A DNA stretch of 64,000 nt, taken from an uncultured delta proteobacterium. GTDB taxonomy: Bacteria > Desulfobacterota > Zymogenia > Zymogenales > Zymogenaceae. This document shows positions 44,080 to 56,444 of the stretch, piece after piece (position 1 is the first letter of the stretch; each line of letters begins with the position of its first letter). The stretch lies in assembly GCA_963792965.1 (NCBI GenBank), contig CAWBYW010000007.1:1-64000 (forward strand), read 5' to 3'. The notes beneath the pieces are model-generated. The model had not been told where the DNA came from and searched no databases. It saw only the letters and a program-made list of their open reading frames with translations. The position numbers were made by a program, and so were the translations under genes.

Positions 44080-44550
44080 TTGGGGCAACTTGTGAAAATC
44101 ATGGATGTTATTGACCCGGACCTCATCAGTGCGGATCTCAAGGCCGGCAACAAGCGGGAGGCGCTGGAGGAGTTGGCTCGGATGGTCGCGAGAAAAGAGG
44201 GGCTGGACATCACAACGCTGGTCCCGATCCTCGAGGAGCGGGAGAAGCTCGGCAGCACCGCTGTCGGTGACGGCTTCGCGATCCCCCACGGCAAACTGAG
44301 AGGGCTCAGGAGACTTGTCGCCTCGTTCGGCAGGTCGGTCGAGGGAATCGACTTCGATTCAATCGACGGCCAACCCACCCACCTCTTCTTCCTCTTGATG
44401 GCGCCCGAGAACACCGCCGGGATGCACCTCAAGACCCTGGCCCGTATTTCGCGTCTTCTCAAGGATAGGAAAATCAGGGCGCGGCTTATGGACTGTGCGA
44501 CGGCGCAGGATATCTATCGGGTGATGCGGGAGGAGGACGAAAAATTCTGA
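44080..44550 (+). CDS. ptsN: PTS IIA-Ntr
   Basis: EREKLGSTAVGDGFAIPHGK, FDSIDG, HLKTLA. Confidence 0.92.
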   Translation: MGQLVKIMDVIDPDLISADLKAGNKREALEELARMVARKEGLDITTLVPILEEREKLGSTAVGDGFAIPHGKLRGLRRLVASFGRSVEGIDFDSIDGQPTHLFFLLMAPENTAGMHLKTLARISRLLKDRKIRARLMDCATAQDIYRVMREEDEKF

Positions 44551-44583
44551 CGGGGCGCCCCGTGCGGCGTTGACAGTAACTCT

Positions 44584-45081
44584 GTGGAAATAAAGACAAT
44601 TCACGGCACCCTGGTGAGGATGATGGCCAGGGGAATTTTGCTTGTGGGGGAGAGCGGATCGGGAAAAAGCCGTCTCGCCCTTTCTCTTTTATATGAGGGC
44701 GCGCGGCTTGTCGCCGATGACGTGGTGGAGCTTACTTCCTCATCCCGCTGGACGATGGGGCGGGCGCCGGAAAAAATCAGAGGACTTATCGAAGTCAGGG
44801 GCGTGGGGATCATCGATGCCACAAGGACATTCGGCCGTCCCTTCGTTCTGGATGAGTCGCCTATCGATGTGGCGGTGCTCCTGACCGATCGTGACAGCGG
44901 CGAAAGAACGAGCGCCGGGGCGGATATAGGTACGATGAACCTTCTCGGGCGCGACATTCCCGAGATTCGAGTGGGGGCGGATATAGACGCGCACGGTCTG
45001 ATGTGCGCGGTCTCCGACTTTATCCTCGGAGGGTCACGAGGGAGCGGGAAAATAGACGGTCTCCTCGGCGGCTCCGAATAG
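44584..45081 (+). CDS. hprK: HPr kinase/phosphorylase, catalytic domain only
   Basis: IHGTLV, GESGSGKS, LVADD, IEVRGVGII. Confidence 0.82.
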   Translation: MEIKTIHGTLVRMMARGILLVGESGSGKSRLALSLLYEGARLVADDVVELTSSSRWTMGRAPEKIRGLIEVRGVGIIDATRTFGRPFVLDESPIDVAVLLTDRDSGERTSAGADIGTMNLLGRDIPEIRVGADIDAHGLMCAVSDFILGGSRGSGKIDGLLGGSE

Positions 45082-45951
45082 TGGGGAAGAGCTATCAGGC
45101 TCGTTATTATCACAGGATTATCGGGTTCGGGCAAGAGCACGGCCATCAGGGCACTTGAGGACATCGGCTTTTTCTGCATCGATAATCTGCCGGTGGTGTT
45201 ATTGCCGAAGGTGCTGGAGCTCACCTCCCAATCCCGCTGGGATATCAACAAGGTCGCCGTGGTAATGGACATGCGGGAAAAGATGTTCTTCTCCGAGTTT
45301 CCGACCGTATTCAAGAAGCTTGAGAAGCGGGGCGAGGAGTACCAGATTATCTTCCTTGAGGCGCGCGATGATGTCATCATGAGACGCTACAAGGAAACCC
45401 GGAGGCTCCATCCCATCGGGGGGGAAGACCCCGCGGCCGGCATCAAGAGGGAGCGCGAGCTGTTGAGGGAAGTGAGGGGAGTTGCGCACCGGGTCATCGA
45501 AACCTCGGACCTCAATCCCCATCAGCTCAGAGAGATCATCTTCGACTACTTCAAGGAGGCGATGACTCAAAAACGCCTCAACGTCACGATCATGTCGTTC
45601 GGATACCGATACGGCACGCCTTCGGATGCCGATATCGTCATGGATGTACGGTTCTTGCCTAACCCGTATTTTGTCGAGGAGCTGAAGTTACTGTCCGGCC
45701 TCGATCGGAAGGTAAGGGAGTTCGTCCTTGAGAAAGAGGAGACGCGGGGGTTCCTCTCGCGATTCGAGGAGCTTATGCGTTTTCTCCTTCCCAATTATAT
45801 CCGGGAAGGAAAATCATACCTGACGGTGGCGGTGGGCTGCACCGGTGGGATGCACCGCTCCGTCGTCATCGCCGAGGAGCTCTCCCGGATACTCGGTGCG
45901 GGGGGTGGGTATACCATCAAGATCACCCATCGGGATATCAATAAATCATAA
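45081..45951 (+). CDS. rapZ: RNase adapter RapZ; start codon out of frame or uncertain
   Basis: IITGLSGSGKS, FCIDNLP, RYKETRR-HP, SFGYRYG, DVRFLPNP, GCTGGMHRSV. Confidence 0.92.
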
Positions 45952-45968
45952 CGAAAGGTGACTGACAC

Positions 45969-46373
45969 ATGGTAGGGATTGTCATCGTGTCCCATTTAAA
46001 CTTGGCGTCGGAGCTCCTCAAGACGGCCGAACTCATCGTGGGGAGGATACCGGCCTCCAAGGCCCTGTCGCTTGACCCGAAAAAGGACGTCGAGATCCTC
46101 AGAAAAGAGATCCAGAGCTCCATCAAGGAAGTCAACAGCGGCCAAGGGGTGATCATATTAACCGACATGTTCGGGGGCACCCCGTCAAACCTTGCCCTCA
46201 CTTTCCTCGGAGAGTTCGTGGAAGTAGTGTCCGGTGCGAACCTTCCCATGCTCATCAAGATCGCCGCGGAGCGCGAGGGGAAGAACATCAGGGAGCTTGC
46301 GCTTAATGCCAAAGAATACGGCAGAAATAATATTAACGTCGCCACCGAGTTTCTGAGCAAGAAGGGGCAATAA
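45969..46373 (+). CDS. Mannose-type PTS IIA
   Basis: IVIVSH, TDMFGGTPSN, GANLPML. Confidence 0.92.
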   Translation: MVGIVIVSHLNLASELLKTAELIVGRIPASKALSLDPKKDVEILRKEIQSSIKEVNSGQGVIILTDMFGGTPSNLALTFLGEFVEVVSGANLPMLIKIAAEREGKNIRELALNAKEYGRNNINVATEFLSKKGQ

Positions 46374-46375
46374 GA

Positions 46376-46867
46376 GTGGGCATCGTACTGGTCCGGGTTG
46401 ATAGTCGTCTCATTCACGGGCAGATCCTCGAGGCCTGGATCCCTTACACCAAGGCGGGGGCGCTGGTCGTCGTCGACGATGAGGTCGAGAAGAACCTCCT
46501 GAAACGCTCCGTTATGGAGATGGCGGTTCCAAGCAACATAGAGGTCTCCTTCTACACGGTCCGAGAGGCCGTCGACAGCTACGTGAACGGGGGATTCAGC
46601 AGGAAACGGATCATCATCTTGTTTTCCAATGTTCACGATGCAAAGGCCGCCTACGACTCCGGCTTCCTGTTCGACAGCCTCAATCTCGGCAATATGCACT
46701 ATTGCGACGGAAAGGTACAGGTGAGCTCGAACCTGTGCGTGGGCATTGACGATACCGACGCGATCGTGGATCTGTGCCGCCTCGGGGTTACCATCGATAC
46801 CCGTTCGGTCCCCGGGGAAAAGAAGATGGAGGTCAAGAAACTTGTGAAAAAGGTCAGGAGAGAGTAG
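46376..46867 (+). CDS. Mannose-type PTS IIB
   Basis: RVDSRLIHGQI, LNLGN. Confidence 0.92.
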   Translation: MGIVLVRVDSRLIHGQILEAWIPYTKAGALVVVDDEVEKNLLKRSVMEMAVPSNIEVSFYTVREAVDSYVNGGFSRKRIIILFSNVHDAKAAYDSGFLFDSLNLGNMHYCDGKVQVSSNLCVGIDDTDAIVDLCRLGVTIDTRSVPGEKKMEVKKLVKKVRRE

Positions 46868-47574
46868 TGGGGGGGGCCGGCCTCTTCATCACGATAGCGG
46901 TCTCGTCAATCGTCGGGGGCCTGTTGCACCTGGACCGGACCGCCGCGTTTCAGTTTCTTATATCCAGACCGCTGGTCTCGTCCACGGTAATGGGCCTGCT
47001 TCTCGGTGATCTGAGGACGGGTCTCCTTATCGGGATGGTGCTGGAGCTGTTGTGGATCGGTATGCAGCCGCTGGGCACGGCGCTGCCCCCGGACGACACG
47101 ATCGTCGCGGTGGCGGCCCCCGCCGCGGCCATCATCGCCGGTCGGCTCCTTGGAGGAATCGGAACGCCGCTCATAGGGCTTTCGGTCCTCATTTCTCTCC
47201 CCTTATCTGCGGTGGGGAGGCTGGTGGATATCGAGCTGAGGAGGCTTAATCGCGTCTTCCTCCGGAATGCCAAGAAGGCGGCACGTGAGGGAGACATCGG
47301 TGGGGTGGAGAGACAGAGCATATGGGGCCTGTTATCCTTTTTTCTCTTTTTTTCGCTCTTCTCGTTATTGGGCATCTTATTCGTATGGCTCTCGACGTGG
47401 CTGATTTATCCCTATATTCCTGACACTATCCGCAGCGCGTTGGGCTATATCTTTTGGTCTTTGCCGTTTTTCGGCGCCGGAGCCGTGCTGAGCCGGGAGA
47501 GGGCATGGTTGCGGTTCAGCGTCGTATTTGGGGCGTCATACGTGTTGCTCTATGTCATTGGGAGGACGTGGTGA
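46867..47574 (+). CDS. Mannose-type PTS IIC
   Basis: GTG overlapping the IIB stop; SRPLV, LELLWIG--P-G---PP; hydrophobic. Confidence 0.87.
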   Translation: MGGAGLFITIAVSSIVGGLLHLDRTAAFQFLISRPLVSSTVMGLLLGDLRTGLLIGMVLELLWIGMQPLGTALPPDDTIVAVAAPAAAIIAGRLLGGIGTPLIGLSVLISLPLSAVGRLVDIELRRLNRVFLRNAKKAAREGDIGGVERQSIWGLLSFFLFFSLFSLLGILFVWLSTWLIYPYIPDTIRSALGYIFWSLPFFGAGAVLSRERAWLRFSVVFGASYVLLYVIGRTW

Positions 47575-48311
47575 GACCCACGCTGGCCAGGATATTCTTC
47601 AGAAGCTTCCTGATCCAGAGCTGCTGGAACTATGAGGGGATGCAAAATGTCGGTTTTGCCTTCAGCATCTCGCCGCTTATCAGGAAAATCGCTCGGGATA
47701 AGAAACAACGGGCAGCCTTATTGGGGCTCTCGCTTGAGTACTTCAACACGCACCCCTACCTCGCCTCGGGGATTCTCGGGGCGGTCGCCTCGGTGCAGGC
47801 GGAAGGCGGGAAGGGGGCTGCCGAGGAGACCAGAAAGATAAAGGACACCCTTTCCAATCCGTTCGCGGCAATCGGAGATACGCTTTTCTGGTCGACGTTG
47901 AAACCCCTCTTTTCGATCACGGCCATCGTCACGGCTTTTCTTGGGAGCACGCTTTCGCCGGTGCTTTTTCTTGTACTATACAATCTCTTTCATCTCTGGA
48001 TACGGACCGAAGGGTTTATTGAAGGGGTTCACCACAAGATGGGGATCATGAACTATGTGAAACGTCTCGATATTCCCCGCTTATCCATCAGATTGAAGAC
48101 TCTTACCATCGGCATCCTCTCGATCTTCGCAGCGGGACTGGCCTATTTTTCTCCGTTCAGATGGGAAGTCGGGGTTATCGGGGAATTCAGGTTTCTTTTG
48201 ATTCTCCCGATCTTCCTGGTGGCGTTTCTCGTGCGGAAGGGTGTGGGAATCCTCACCCAGATCTATATCTTTGCGTTCTTGGCCCTTGCGCTCTTTGCGA
48301 TTGTCGGTTAA
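47571..48311 (+). CDS. Mannose-type PTS IID
   Basis: WNYEGMQNVGF, FNTHP, AAIGDTLFW. Confidence 0.9.
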   Translation: MRPTLARIFFRSFLIQSCWNYEGMQNVGFAFSISPLIRKIARDKKQRAALLGLSLEYFNTHPYLASGILGAVASVQAEGGKGAAEETRKIKDTLSNPFAAIGDTLFWSTLKPLFSITAIVTAFLGSTLSPVLFLVLYNLFHLWIRTEGFIEGVHHKMGIMNYVKRLDIPRLSIRLKTLTIGILSIFAAGLAYFSPFRWEVGVIGEFRFLLILPIFLVAFLVRKGVGILTQIYIFAFLALALFAIVG

Positions 48312-48375
48312 CCTCAAGCGGGATAGCGTGGATATGCCCGAGTTTCATAAAAAAGGGGAAGGAAAGACACCAGAG

Positions 48376-48642
48376 ATGTTTTCGGAGGATTTTCAGATCA
48401 TAAATAAGCTCGGCCTGCACGCGCGAGCGGCGGTGCTCTTCATCAAGGCGGCAAACTCCTTTCAGGCCACAATCACGGTGGCCAAGGACGGGGTGGAAGT
48501 GAACGGCAAGAGCATCATGGGCATTCTCATGCTCGGCGCGACGCAGGGGAGCACGATTACCGTGGCGGCAGACGGTCCTGACGCACGGAAAGCGGTAGCT
48601 GAGCTGGGAAAGTTGATCGCCAGTAAATTCGGAGAGGAGTAG
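48376..48642 (+). CDS. ptsH: Phosphocarrier HPr
   Basis: GLHARAA (His15), NGKSIMG (Ser46); alternative start at 48334. Confidence 0.94.
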   Translation: MFSEDFQIINKLGLHARAAVLFIKAANSFQATITVAKDGVEVNGKSIMGILMLGATQGSTITVAADGPDARKAVAELGKLIASKFGEE

Positions 48643-50418
48643 ATGCCTCAAACGAAAGAGATACGACTCTTTGGGATCGGCGTTTCTTCGGGAATCGTCA
48701 TCGGAAAGGTCTATTTCATCGATCGTACCAAGGTAAAATATACCGTCCGGCACATTAGCAAAGACGGTGTTTCGTCCGAGGTCGATCGTTTTCACAAGGC
48801 CGTCGACGAGTCTCGGAATCAGCTTTCGGAAGTCGCGTCACGGATTCCGGGGGACCATTATGAGGAATTCAAGCATATCATAGACGCCCACTTCCTCATC
48901 CTTCAGGACAGGATGCTGATCGACGATACCGAGAAGATCATCAAGGATGAGGGCGTCAACGCCGAGTGGGCCCTCAATATCCAGCACGAGAAGATTAGCC
49001 GCTTTTTCCAACAGCTCAATGACGAATATCTCTCCGAGCGAATGGGGGATGTCGACTATGTCGTTGAGCGGATCATGAGAAACCTCGTCGGTAAGGAGCA
49101 GGAGAGCATCACCGAGATCACCGAAGATGTGATCGTAGTGGCCCACGACCTGTCGCCTGCCGACACCGCACAGATTGACCGTAACGTCATCAAAGGGTTT
49201 GTCACCGATATCGGCGGCAGGACATCGCACACCGCTATCATGGCCCGTTCCCTCGAGATCCCCTCGGTCGTGGGGCTGGAGACGGTGAGCCAGCTGGTCA
49301 AGAGCGGCGACTGTATCATCGTAAACGGCACAACGGGAGAGGTCATCATCAATCCATTGCCGGAGGTGCGGGCCCAATACGAGCAGCAGCTCAAGATATA
49401 CCAGGACGAGGAGCGGGAGCTGTTGACCCTTAAAGAGCTTCCCTCGGTCACGACCGACGACTATCGCATTTCCCTGATGGCCAATATCGAGATGCCCCAC
49501 GAGATCCAGTCGATCAAGGAACACGGTGCCGAGGGCATCGGGCTCTATCGGACCGAATTCATATACCTCAACCGGAGGAGCCTCCCGACCGAGGACGAGC
49601 ACTTCGAGGTCTATAAATACGTTGTAGAGAACATCAAGCCGAAGGTCACGATTATCAGGACCTTTGACCTCGGCGGAGACCGCTTCCTCTCTCCGGTCGA
49701 TCTCGCCCAGGAGATGAACCCGGCGATGGGGCTGCGCGCCATCCGGTTCTGTCTTAAGGAGGCCGATATCTTCAAAGACCAGCTCCGCGCGATCCTCAGG
49801 ACGAGCGCCTACGGGCCGGTCAAAATCATGTTTCCCATGATTTCGGGCGTAGAGGAAATCCGGCTGACCAAGATGATCCTCGAGGAGTCGAAAGACGATC
49901 TCCGCGCCCGGGGCGTGCCGTTTGACGAGGAGATCGAGATCGGGTCCATGATGGAGGTCCCCTCGGCAATGATCATCGCCGATCTCCTGGCCAAAGAGGT
50001 CGACTTCTTCTCCATCGGCACCAACGACCTGATCCAGTATTCGCTGGCCATAGATCGGGTCAATGAACACGTCAATTATCTCTACGAGCCGCTGCACCCC
50101 GCCGTCCTGAGGATGATCAGAGAGGTCGTCGCGTCGGCGCACGCGCGGGGGATCAAGGTCGCCATGTGCGGCGAGATGGCCGGCGAGCCGCTCTATCTTC
50201 CGATACTCGTGGGGCTCGGGCTCGACGAACTTTCGATGAACGCGCTGTCGATACTCCGGGTGAAGAAGATCCTGAGAAACATGTCCTATCAGGAGTGCAA
50301 AAGGATCACGGAGGAGATCCTCACCTTCTCCACGGCGCGCGAGATAGACCGTTACGTGTTTATTGAGATGAAAGAACGATTCCCGGGCATATTCTCCGAT
50401 GAGCATCTCACGCACTAA
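48643..50418 (+). CDS. ptsI: PTS enzyme I
   Basis: GGRTSHTAI, GLYRTEF, RTFDLGGD, SIGTNDLIQY, MCGEMAG. Confidence 0.97.
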   Translation: MPQTKEIRLFGIGVSSGIVIGKVYFIDRTKVKYTVRHISKDGVSSEVDRFHKAVDESRNQLSEVASRIPGDHYEEFKHIIDAHFLILQDRMLIDDTEKIIKDEGVNAEWALNIQHEKISRFFQQLNDEYLSERMGDVDYVVERIMRNLVGKEQESITEITEDVIVVAHDLSPADTAQIDRNVIKGFVTDIGGRTSHTAIMARSLEIPSVVGLETVSQLVKSGDCIIVNGTTGEVIINPLPEVRAQYEQQLKIYQDEERELLTLKELPSVTTDDYRISLMANIEMPHEIQSIKEHGAEGIGLYRTEFIYLNRRSLPTEDEHFEVYKYVVENIKPKVTIIRTFDLGGDRFLSPVDLAQEMNPAMGLRAIRFCLKEADIFKDQLRAILRTSAYGPVKIMFPMISGVEEIRLTKMILEESKDDLRARGVPFDEEIEIGSMMEVPSAMIIADLLAKEVDFFSIGTNDLIQYSLAIDRVNEHVNYLYEPLHPAVLRMIREVVASAHARGIKVAMCGEMAGEPLYLPILVGLGLDELSMNALSILRVKKILRNMSYQECKRITEEILTFSTAREIDRYVFIEMKERFPGIFSDEHLTH

Positions 50419-50443
50419 TTCGTCGCGGCTCCAATCATTTCGC

Positions 50444-50472
50444 TTGACATAACCCGTTTGAAATTATATATA
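50444..50472 (+). promoter_or_regulatory. Probable metK promoter
   Basis: TTGACA followed by an AT-rich TATATA -10 region. Confidence 0.45.
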
Positions 50473-50546
50473 GAAATATTTACTAAAGAACGTCAACTCT
50501 TCTCCTCAAGTATATAAGGCTCAGAAGATAACCGGAGGTATCCGTT

Positions 50547-51716
50547 ATGTCTATGACAGATTTTCTTTTTACGTCCGAATCGGTGACGGAAGGCCACCCC
50601 GATAAGGTTGCCGATCAGATCTCCGACGCCGTTCTCGACGCGATCATCAGCGAGGATAAAGATGCCCGGGTCGCGTGCGAAACCCTTGTAACCACCGGGC
50701 TTGCCATTATCGCCGGCGAGATCACCACAACCGCGTGGGCGGACATGCCGCAGATCGTCCGCAATACCATAAAAGAGATCGGGTACACGAACGCATCGAT
50801 GGGCTTTGACTGGGAGACCTGCGCCGTGCTGACCTCTATAGATAAGCAGTCGCCGGATATCTCCCAGGGCGTCACCCCCGGCAAAGGACTCCACAAAGAG
50901 CAGGGCGCGGGCGACCAGGGCCTCATGTTCGGGTTTGCGTGCGACGAGACGGCGGAGCTGATGCCGATGCCGATCGTCTATGCCCATAAGGTGTGCCGCA
51001 GGCTTGCCGAGGTCAGGAAGAACGGGATGCTCACGTTCCTCCGTCCCGACGGAAAATCTCAGGTAACGATTCAGTATATCGAGAATCAGCCGGTTCGGGT
51101 GGACGCCGTCGTTGTCGCCGCGCAGCATAATCCCGACGTGAAATACGAGACGCTGAGAGAGGCGATTATCGAGGAGGTCATCAAGAAGGTCATCCCAGAG
51201 CATTTGTTGGACAAGAAAACGAAGTTCTACGTCAATGAGACAGGGCGCTTCGTTATCGGGGGTCCGCAGGGTGACTGCGGGGTGACCGGACGCAAGATCA
51301 TCGTCGACACCTACGGGGGGCAGGGAAGCCACGGCGGCGGCTGCTTTTCGGGAAAAGATCCCTCCAAGGTGGACCGCTCCGGGTCCTATATGGCCCGCTA
51401 TGCGGCAAAAAATATCGTTGCCGCGGGGCTCGCCAGAAAGTGCGAACTCCAGGTGGCGTACGCCATCGGTAAGGCCGAGCCGGTTTCCTTTATGATCAAT
51501 ACCGAAGGGACGAGCGTCATCCCGCCCGACCATATCGCGAAGATCGTTCAGGAGGAGTTCGACTTTCGGCCGGCGGCCATGATCGAGAAGCTCGACCTCC
51601 TTAAGCCGAAGTATAAAAGAACGGCGGCCTACGGCCACTTCGGGCGTGAGGAGGCGGGCTTTACCTGGGAGGAAATCGACATGGCCAAGCGGCTGAAGAA
51701 GGCGGCGGGAATCTGA
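50547..51716 (+). CDS. metK: S-adenosylmethionine synthetase
   Basis: [42 protein letters not shown]. Confidence 0.98.
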   Translation: MSMTDFLFTSESVTEGHPDKVADQISDAVLDAIISEDKDARVACETLVTTGLAIIAGEITTTAWADMPQIVRNTIKEIGYTNASMGFDWETCAVLTSIDKQSPDISQGVTPGKGLHKEQGAGDQGLMFGFACDETAELMPMPIVYAHKVCRRLAEVRKNGMLTFLRPDGKSQVTIQYIENQPVRVDAVVVAAQHNPDVKYETLREAIIEEVIKKVIPEHLLDKKTKFYVNETGRFVIGGPQGDCGVTGRKIIVDTYGGQGSHGGGCFSGKDPSKVDRSGSYMARYAAKNIVAAGLARKCELQVAYAIGKAEPVSFMINTEGTSVIPPDHIAKIVQEEFDFRPAAMIEKLDLLKPKYKRTAAYGHFGREEAGFTWEEIDMAKRLKKAAGI

Positions 51717-51862
51717 GCAACCTGCGATTGGGCATCGGACGGGCGCGAACGCGCACGCCGCAACAGGATATTCGAGGCGCTTTCATATCCCGGGTGCGGC
51801 GGGCGAGGACCGGTTGGCGGTTCTCTCTCAGTGAAGTGAGGGTTTGAATAAGGAGAATAGAC

Positions 51863-53128
<1,266 letters not shown>

Positions 53129-53176
53129 GCATCGGGATGCGCCGGGCCACCGGGAAACGGTAATTGAGAGAAGTAC

Positions 53177-53204
53177 ACGGGGCACGAAGATGCCCCGTTC
53201 TTTT
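53177..53204 (+). terminator. Terminator-like hairpin after ahcY
   Basis: acggggca/tgccccgt stem followed by tctttt. Confidence 0.65.
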
Positions 53205-53227
53205 GGGCAAAACCTGGGACTCGTTTT

Positions 53228-54143
53228 ATGACGACCAAGAAGGGCGTTATCGCCGATCTCCTCCTTGTACTCATCTGCGTCTTTTGGGGGATGTCGTTTA
53301 TCATGGTGAAGCTCGCCATCAAGGAGCTTGACCTGTTCTGGTTTATTTTTCTCCGCTTTGCCCTCGCGGCGGCGGCGCTGCTGGTCGTTTTCGCCGGCCG
53401 GCTCAAAAGATACAACTGGCCGGTCTTCCGCGACGGATTCATCCTCGGGTCCGTCAACTTCATGACATTTTTTTTGCAGACAACCGGGCTCAAATTCACG
53501 TCGGCGTCCAATGCGGGGTTCATCACGGGGCTGCACGTGATCCTGGTCCCTTTCATCCTGGCGGTCTTTTTCAGGCGGATGCCGGCCGTCACCGCCACGA
53601 TCGGGGCGGTGCTGGCGGCCGTGGGGCTCTCGCTCATCACGGTCGGCGACGACCTCTCGATTAACAGGGGCGACATCTGGGTGCTCGCCTGTTCGGTCAG
53701 CGTGGCATTTCACGTGATCCTGACGGGGTGGTATGCGGTAAAGCACGATGTCTATCTGGTGGCGGTTACACAGCTCATCGCGATGACCTTCTGGGCGGGG
53801 TGCTCGGCCGCTGTACGTCGGCCATGCGCCGACGTCACTTTCCACGTACGTGATTATCGCGATCGTCTTTCTCGGGCTCGTTGCCACGGCCTTCAACTTC
53901 ACGGTGCAGACCTGGGCACAGCAGTACACCTCGCCGACGCGGGCGGCCGTGATTTTCACCACGGAGCCGGTCTTCTCGGCCTTCTTCGCCTGGTGGTGGG
54001 GCGGCGAGCTCCTCAAGAGCCGGGGCTACTTAGGTGCGGGATTGATTCTTGTGGGCATTATCCTTTCCGAGCTCAAATCCCGGGAGTGGCGGGAGGAGGA
54101 AAAGATCGTCGGAAAGGGGCCGAAGAAAGAGGAGAAGGGGTGA
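53228..54143 (+). CDS. DMT/EamA family transporter; frameshift near 53830
   Basis: WGMSF, LRF, TSASNAGFITGL, GD; second repeat QTWAQ-YTSPTRAAVIFTTEPVF. Confidence 0.87.
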
Positions 54144-54600
54144 CCAGGCGGGGCCGACGCCGCTCCGTCCAGAATCGAGCACCCTTTAGTATATCGTTTT
54201 GTAAGGAGCTCAGAGGGCTCCGTCATTTATCGAGCACCGTCACGATACGTGAGCCGGCCGGCCATCAGTAGCGCCCCTCCCTGAGTCGACAACATGGTAC
54301 TCCCAGCGCCCCTGCCGGAGCCCCCGTGCCTCTCCGCGAAACCGTTGTCATTATAGAAGGCCTCGGCTCTTTCAACGTCGCAACGGCCGCAACCGCCTCG
54401 ACGGCGCAGAGGTCGTCCTTTGAGAGCTGAATTTAGCGACGGCAAAGGTCATCTCTCATTAATCCTGCAGATACGTCGGATTTGTCGACGAGTTGGGCCG
54501 AAACGTCGGACGACTTTCAACGCTTTGGATACTACATGCCCGGGTATCGTATGTGAAGGATTGATTTACTTTTTAGGGGTTTTCTGGTATACTAATTTAA

Positions 54601-56406
54601 ATGAACGAATTGACACTAATACGACAACTTGAGCGGCTGTTGGATCGAACGCTCGAGGGGCAGAGGGTCGAAGAGAAGGATCTCGTCGGCCTTTCCTTCG
54701 AGGAGCGTCTGTGGCTCATCCAGCGGTCGCCCGTGCGGACAAAGGCCAACCTTATCATCTCTTCCCCCGACCCGGTCAAGCTCCTCAAGAAGCTCTCACC
54801 CCAGGAGATATACCTGACGCTGAAGGAATCGTGGGGAAATGACGCCGCGATCATCCTGGAGATGACCCCCCCGGACAAGATCGTCCGTCTGTTGGACATG
54901 GATATCTGGAGGCATGATCGAATCGACTTCGTCAAATTCACGGAGTGGCTCCAGCTCCTCTCCGAGGGGGGCGATCGGATCCTCACCAAGAGCCTCTTCT
55001 CCCTCGACGAGGCGCTCCTTGTGCTCTTTTTCAAGGAGATCATCGAGGTGACGCCGCGGAACCTTGATCAGGACCACCTCGAGTTCGCTGACGGAGGTTG
55101 GTACAGCTTTGATTACTTCTACTATTTCAGGCCGGTCAGTGAGGAGATAGACTTCGACTTCGTCTCCAATCTCCTCATGCAGTTTTTCGAATATGAGCCC
55201 GAATACTATAAGGTGATCATGGAAGGGGTCATGGGTGAGCTTCCCTCACCGACCGAGGAGGAAGCCTATCAGCTGCGCACCTCGCGCATGTCCATGATCG
55301 GTTTTCCGGAGTTCTTCGAGGCCCGGGAGCTCTTCCTGTTTGAAGATCCCGAGAAGATCGCCCGGGAGATCAAGGCGGAGACGGGAAAGATCATTTATCT
55401 CAACGAGCAGCAGGCACGGGAGCTCCCCCCGCACTATTGGCTCATCCCAGACAAGAGCGGCGGTTTCTTCGAGGATCTTATGGATGACGCTGCCGACGTT
55501 GCCGAGGACGCCTGTCTCTTCTGGGAGCTTTCCTACCTGGTGCACAAGTTAGTGGCCGCGTCAGGGGGGGATCTGTCGGATACCGAGGAGCTGGTCGCGT
55601 CGTGTCAGACGGCGCGTGACTACATCAATCTCGGCCTCGAATATCTGGAGGGCGACATCGCTGACGAGGGTAGGAGGATTATCCGAGAGGTCTATCTTCA
55701 GCGGATTTTCCGGCTCGGGTATATGCTTGCCCTCGGGCTCAAGAAGAAAGGCGATCTCCTGATTTCGCGCCTCGGGCAGGTCGTTGACCCGTCCCTGTGG
55801 GGTGAATCCTCGGAAAGGGTGATCAACGGGCTTGTGGGAAAACGGCCGCTCTTCTACCGGGGTCTGGTCGACGGCACGGACGGCTACCGCAATTTCAGGA
55901 CGCTGGCCGATATCAAGGCCGTTACGGATTTTCTCGGAGGGCTCTCGGCGAGAGTCTACCTCATTTCACGGATTATCGAAATCCCCGACGATGTCAAGCC
56001 ATGGTTGATCAAGAACGCGAAGCTCCGAGACTGGGGGCCGGGTCATCTCTTCATGACGGGATGCGTGCGGGCATGTCTGACGGGAGCGTGGGAGGTAAAA
56101 CCGCTTTCAGCCGGTGAGGTAAGGGCGTTTTCGGATCTGTTGAGGAATAATCACGCCGTCCCCGACGGCGCCCTCAACGAGGTGGAAAAGATCATCAAAG
56201 AGATGGCTCAGCACGAGGGGGAGGATTTTGCGGCCCATGCCGTGGCGTTTGTCAGAGAGGCGTATGAGGGGTTTGTCCGGGAGCTGGCGGCGATCCAGGG
56301 GCCCGGGGGTATCGATGCGCGCTTTATTACGGGCGTCATCCTCTCGGAGCCGTCGCAGCAGGGAAAGAGGGGTGCCGCTGAGATAAAAAAATCCCCCTCG
56401 TCCTAA
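54601..56406 (+). CDS. DUF6178-like protein
   Basis: 601-aa intact ORF; EIYLTLKE..G, LDMDIW, WL-LL, EEEAYQLR--R----GFP pattern. Confidence 0.7.
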   Translation: MNELTLIRQLERLLDRTLEGQRVEEKDLVGLSFEERLWLIQRSPVRTKANLIISSPDPVKLLKKLSPQEIYLTLKESWGNDAAIILEMTPPDKIVRLLDMDIWRHDRIDFVKFTEWLQLLSEGGDRILTKSLFSLDEALLVLFFKEIIEVTPRNLDQDHLEFADGGWYSFDYFYYFRPVSEEIDFDFVSNLLMQFFEYEPEYYKVIMEGVMGELPSPTEEEAYQLRTSRMSMIGFPEFFEARELFLFEDPEKIAREIKAETGKIIYLNEQQARELPPHYWLIPDKSGGFFEDLMDDAADVAEDACLFWELSYLVHKLVAASGGDLSDTEELVASCQTARDYINLGLEYLEGDIADEGRRIIREVYLQRIFRLGYMLALGLKKKGDLLISRLGQVVDPSLWGESSERVINGLVGKRPLFYRGLVDGTDGYRNFRTLADIKAVTDFLGGLSARVYLISRIIEIPDDVKPWLIKNAKLRDWGPGHLFMTGCVRACLTGAWEVKPLSAGEVRAFSDLLRNNHAVPDGALNEVEKIIKEMAQHEGEDFAAHAVAFVREAYEGFVRELAAIQGPGGIDARFITGVILSEPSQQGKRGAAEIKKSPSS

Positions 56407-56444
56407 TCAGATCATACCCGATAACGAGGGGGAGATTTTTTTGC

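Noticed and set aside
50418-50547. SAM riboswitch before metK
   Set aside because: No S-box consensus; the leader is short and AT-rich
48838-51638. 525-aa and 381-aa minus-strand ORFs
   Set aside because: Antisense shadows of ptsI and metK
54227-54445. 72-aa minus ORF with AEAFYNDNGF resembling a GNAT motif
   Set aside because: One short motif only, weak start and no other GNAT features
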